This document shows positions 22,979 to 23,514 of a DNA stretch of 23,514 bases, one piece after another. The stretch is taken from the NCBI GenBank assembly GCA_041677685.1, contig JBAYPN010000012.1:1-23514 (forward strand). The letters run 5' to 3'. The notes under the pieces are model-generated. The model made no database searches and was not told the origin of the DNA. It worked only from the letters and a program-made list of their open reading frames with translations. The number at the start of each line of letters is the position of its first letter. Positions within the stretch are counted from its first letter, which is position 1. Source of the stretch: an archaeon. Its GTDB lineage: Archaea; Iainarchaeota; Iainarchaeia; Iainarchaeales; CSSED10-239. Both the position numbers and the translations under genes were made by a program.

Positions 22979-23509
22979 TCATTTACTTAACTTTATTACT
23001 TTTTGTCTAAAAATAAAGGAGTGTCCTGAATAGATATAGATAAATACTAAAAAATTAACTAATATCTTTGCTAATAGATAATGTAAGGCAATAACCTCAA
23101 CAACAAAAGCTAAAAGTAAAATGTTTATTATTAATCCAGTCAGAGATACAAAGAAGTAAGAAATTACATCTTTAACTTGTTGTTTTAGATTAGGAGAGTG
23201 ATATTTAAAGGTAAATTTTCTATTTAGAAAATAATTTGAAAGAATTGCTGTAGTGTATGAAATTATTCCTGAAAGAATATAGTAAAGTCCTAAAAAAGAT
23301 GTCAATAAATATAGAACACTAAAATCAATAACTTCTCCTGAAAGAGAGATGGCTGAATATTTTAAAGTTTTTTTATTCTTGTAAATAAAAGCTATGTCTA
23401 TTAACCTATAATAAATCTTGTGGAAAAAAGAATTCTTCTTAAAAGCCAAAAGAGTATCTTTAAATTTTGGTTTTTTAATTGGATATTCTTCTAATTTACT
23501 TTGTCTCAT
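22979..23509 (-). CDS. GtrA-family membrane protein with an N-terminal extension
   Basis: Four hydrophobic helices and the family signature ILSNYFLNRKFTFKY (N..LNR.[FW]TF). Confidence 0.65.
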   Translation of the reverse strand: MRQSKLEEYPIKKPKFKDTLLAFKKNSFFHKIYYRLIDIAFIYKNKKTLKYSAISLSGEVIDFSVLYLLTSFLGLYYILSGIISYTTAILSNYFLNRKFTFKYHSPNLKQQVKDVISYFFVSLTGLIINILLLAFVVEVIALHYLLAKILVNFLVFIYIYSGHSFIFRQKVIKLSK

Positions 23510-23514
23510 AATTG

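Overview
AT-rich (roughly 30% GC by eye) archaeal fragment. It is most consistent with a small-genome DPANN-type archaeon; that lineage call is inference from the gene set, the composition and the tight gene packing. The supporting genes are a group II chaperonin (thermosome), the archaea-specific GatD/GatE amidotransferase, a crenarchaeal-type single-OB SSB, a histone-fold protein, and tRNA genes preceded by TATA boxes. Almost everything is on the minus strand; only cysS, tRNA-Gln and one small ORF are on plus.

Content is mostly translation and housekeeping: CysRS, AsnRS, IleRS, GatD, GatE, four tRNAs (Asn-GUU, Ile-UAU, Ile-GAU, Gln-UUG), thermosome, SSB, a Na+/Ca2+ exchanger, a Na+/H+ antiporter, a HIT protein, a GtrA-like protein and a T4 endonuclease V-like glycosylase. 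Several small or low-complexity hypothetical proteins sit between these.

I see no defence island, CRISPR array or mobile element. The points most worth a second look are:
- A 777+ codon ORF that is missing from the supplied track because it runs off the left edge. It encodes a membrane-anchored extracellular protein with a lytic transglycosylase (SLT) domain.
- A genomically encoded tRNA-Ile with a UAU anticodon.
- Every tRNA in the window lies near its cognate charging or transamidating enzyme; tRNA-Asn is 31 nt downstream of asnS.
- A six-copy 17/18-nt tandem repeat array in the gatD-gatE spacer.
- Interleaved 9-bp palindromes in the ileS 5' region.
- An atypical tailed histone-fold protein.

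All protein family calls come from motif recognition by eye. No database search was run.
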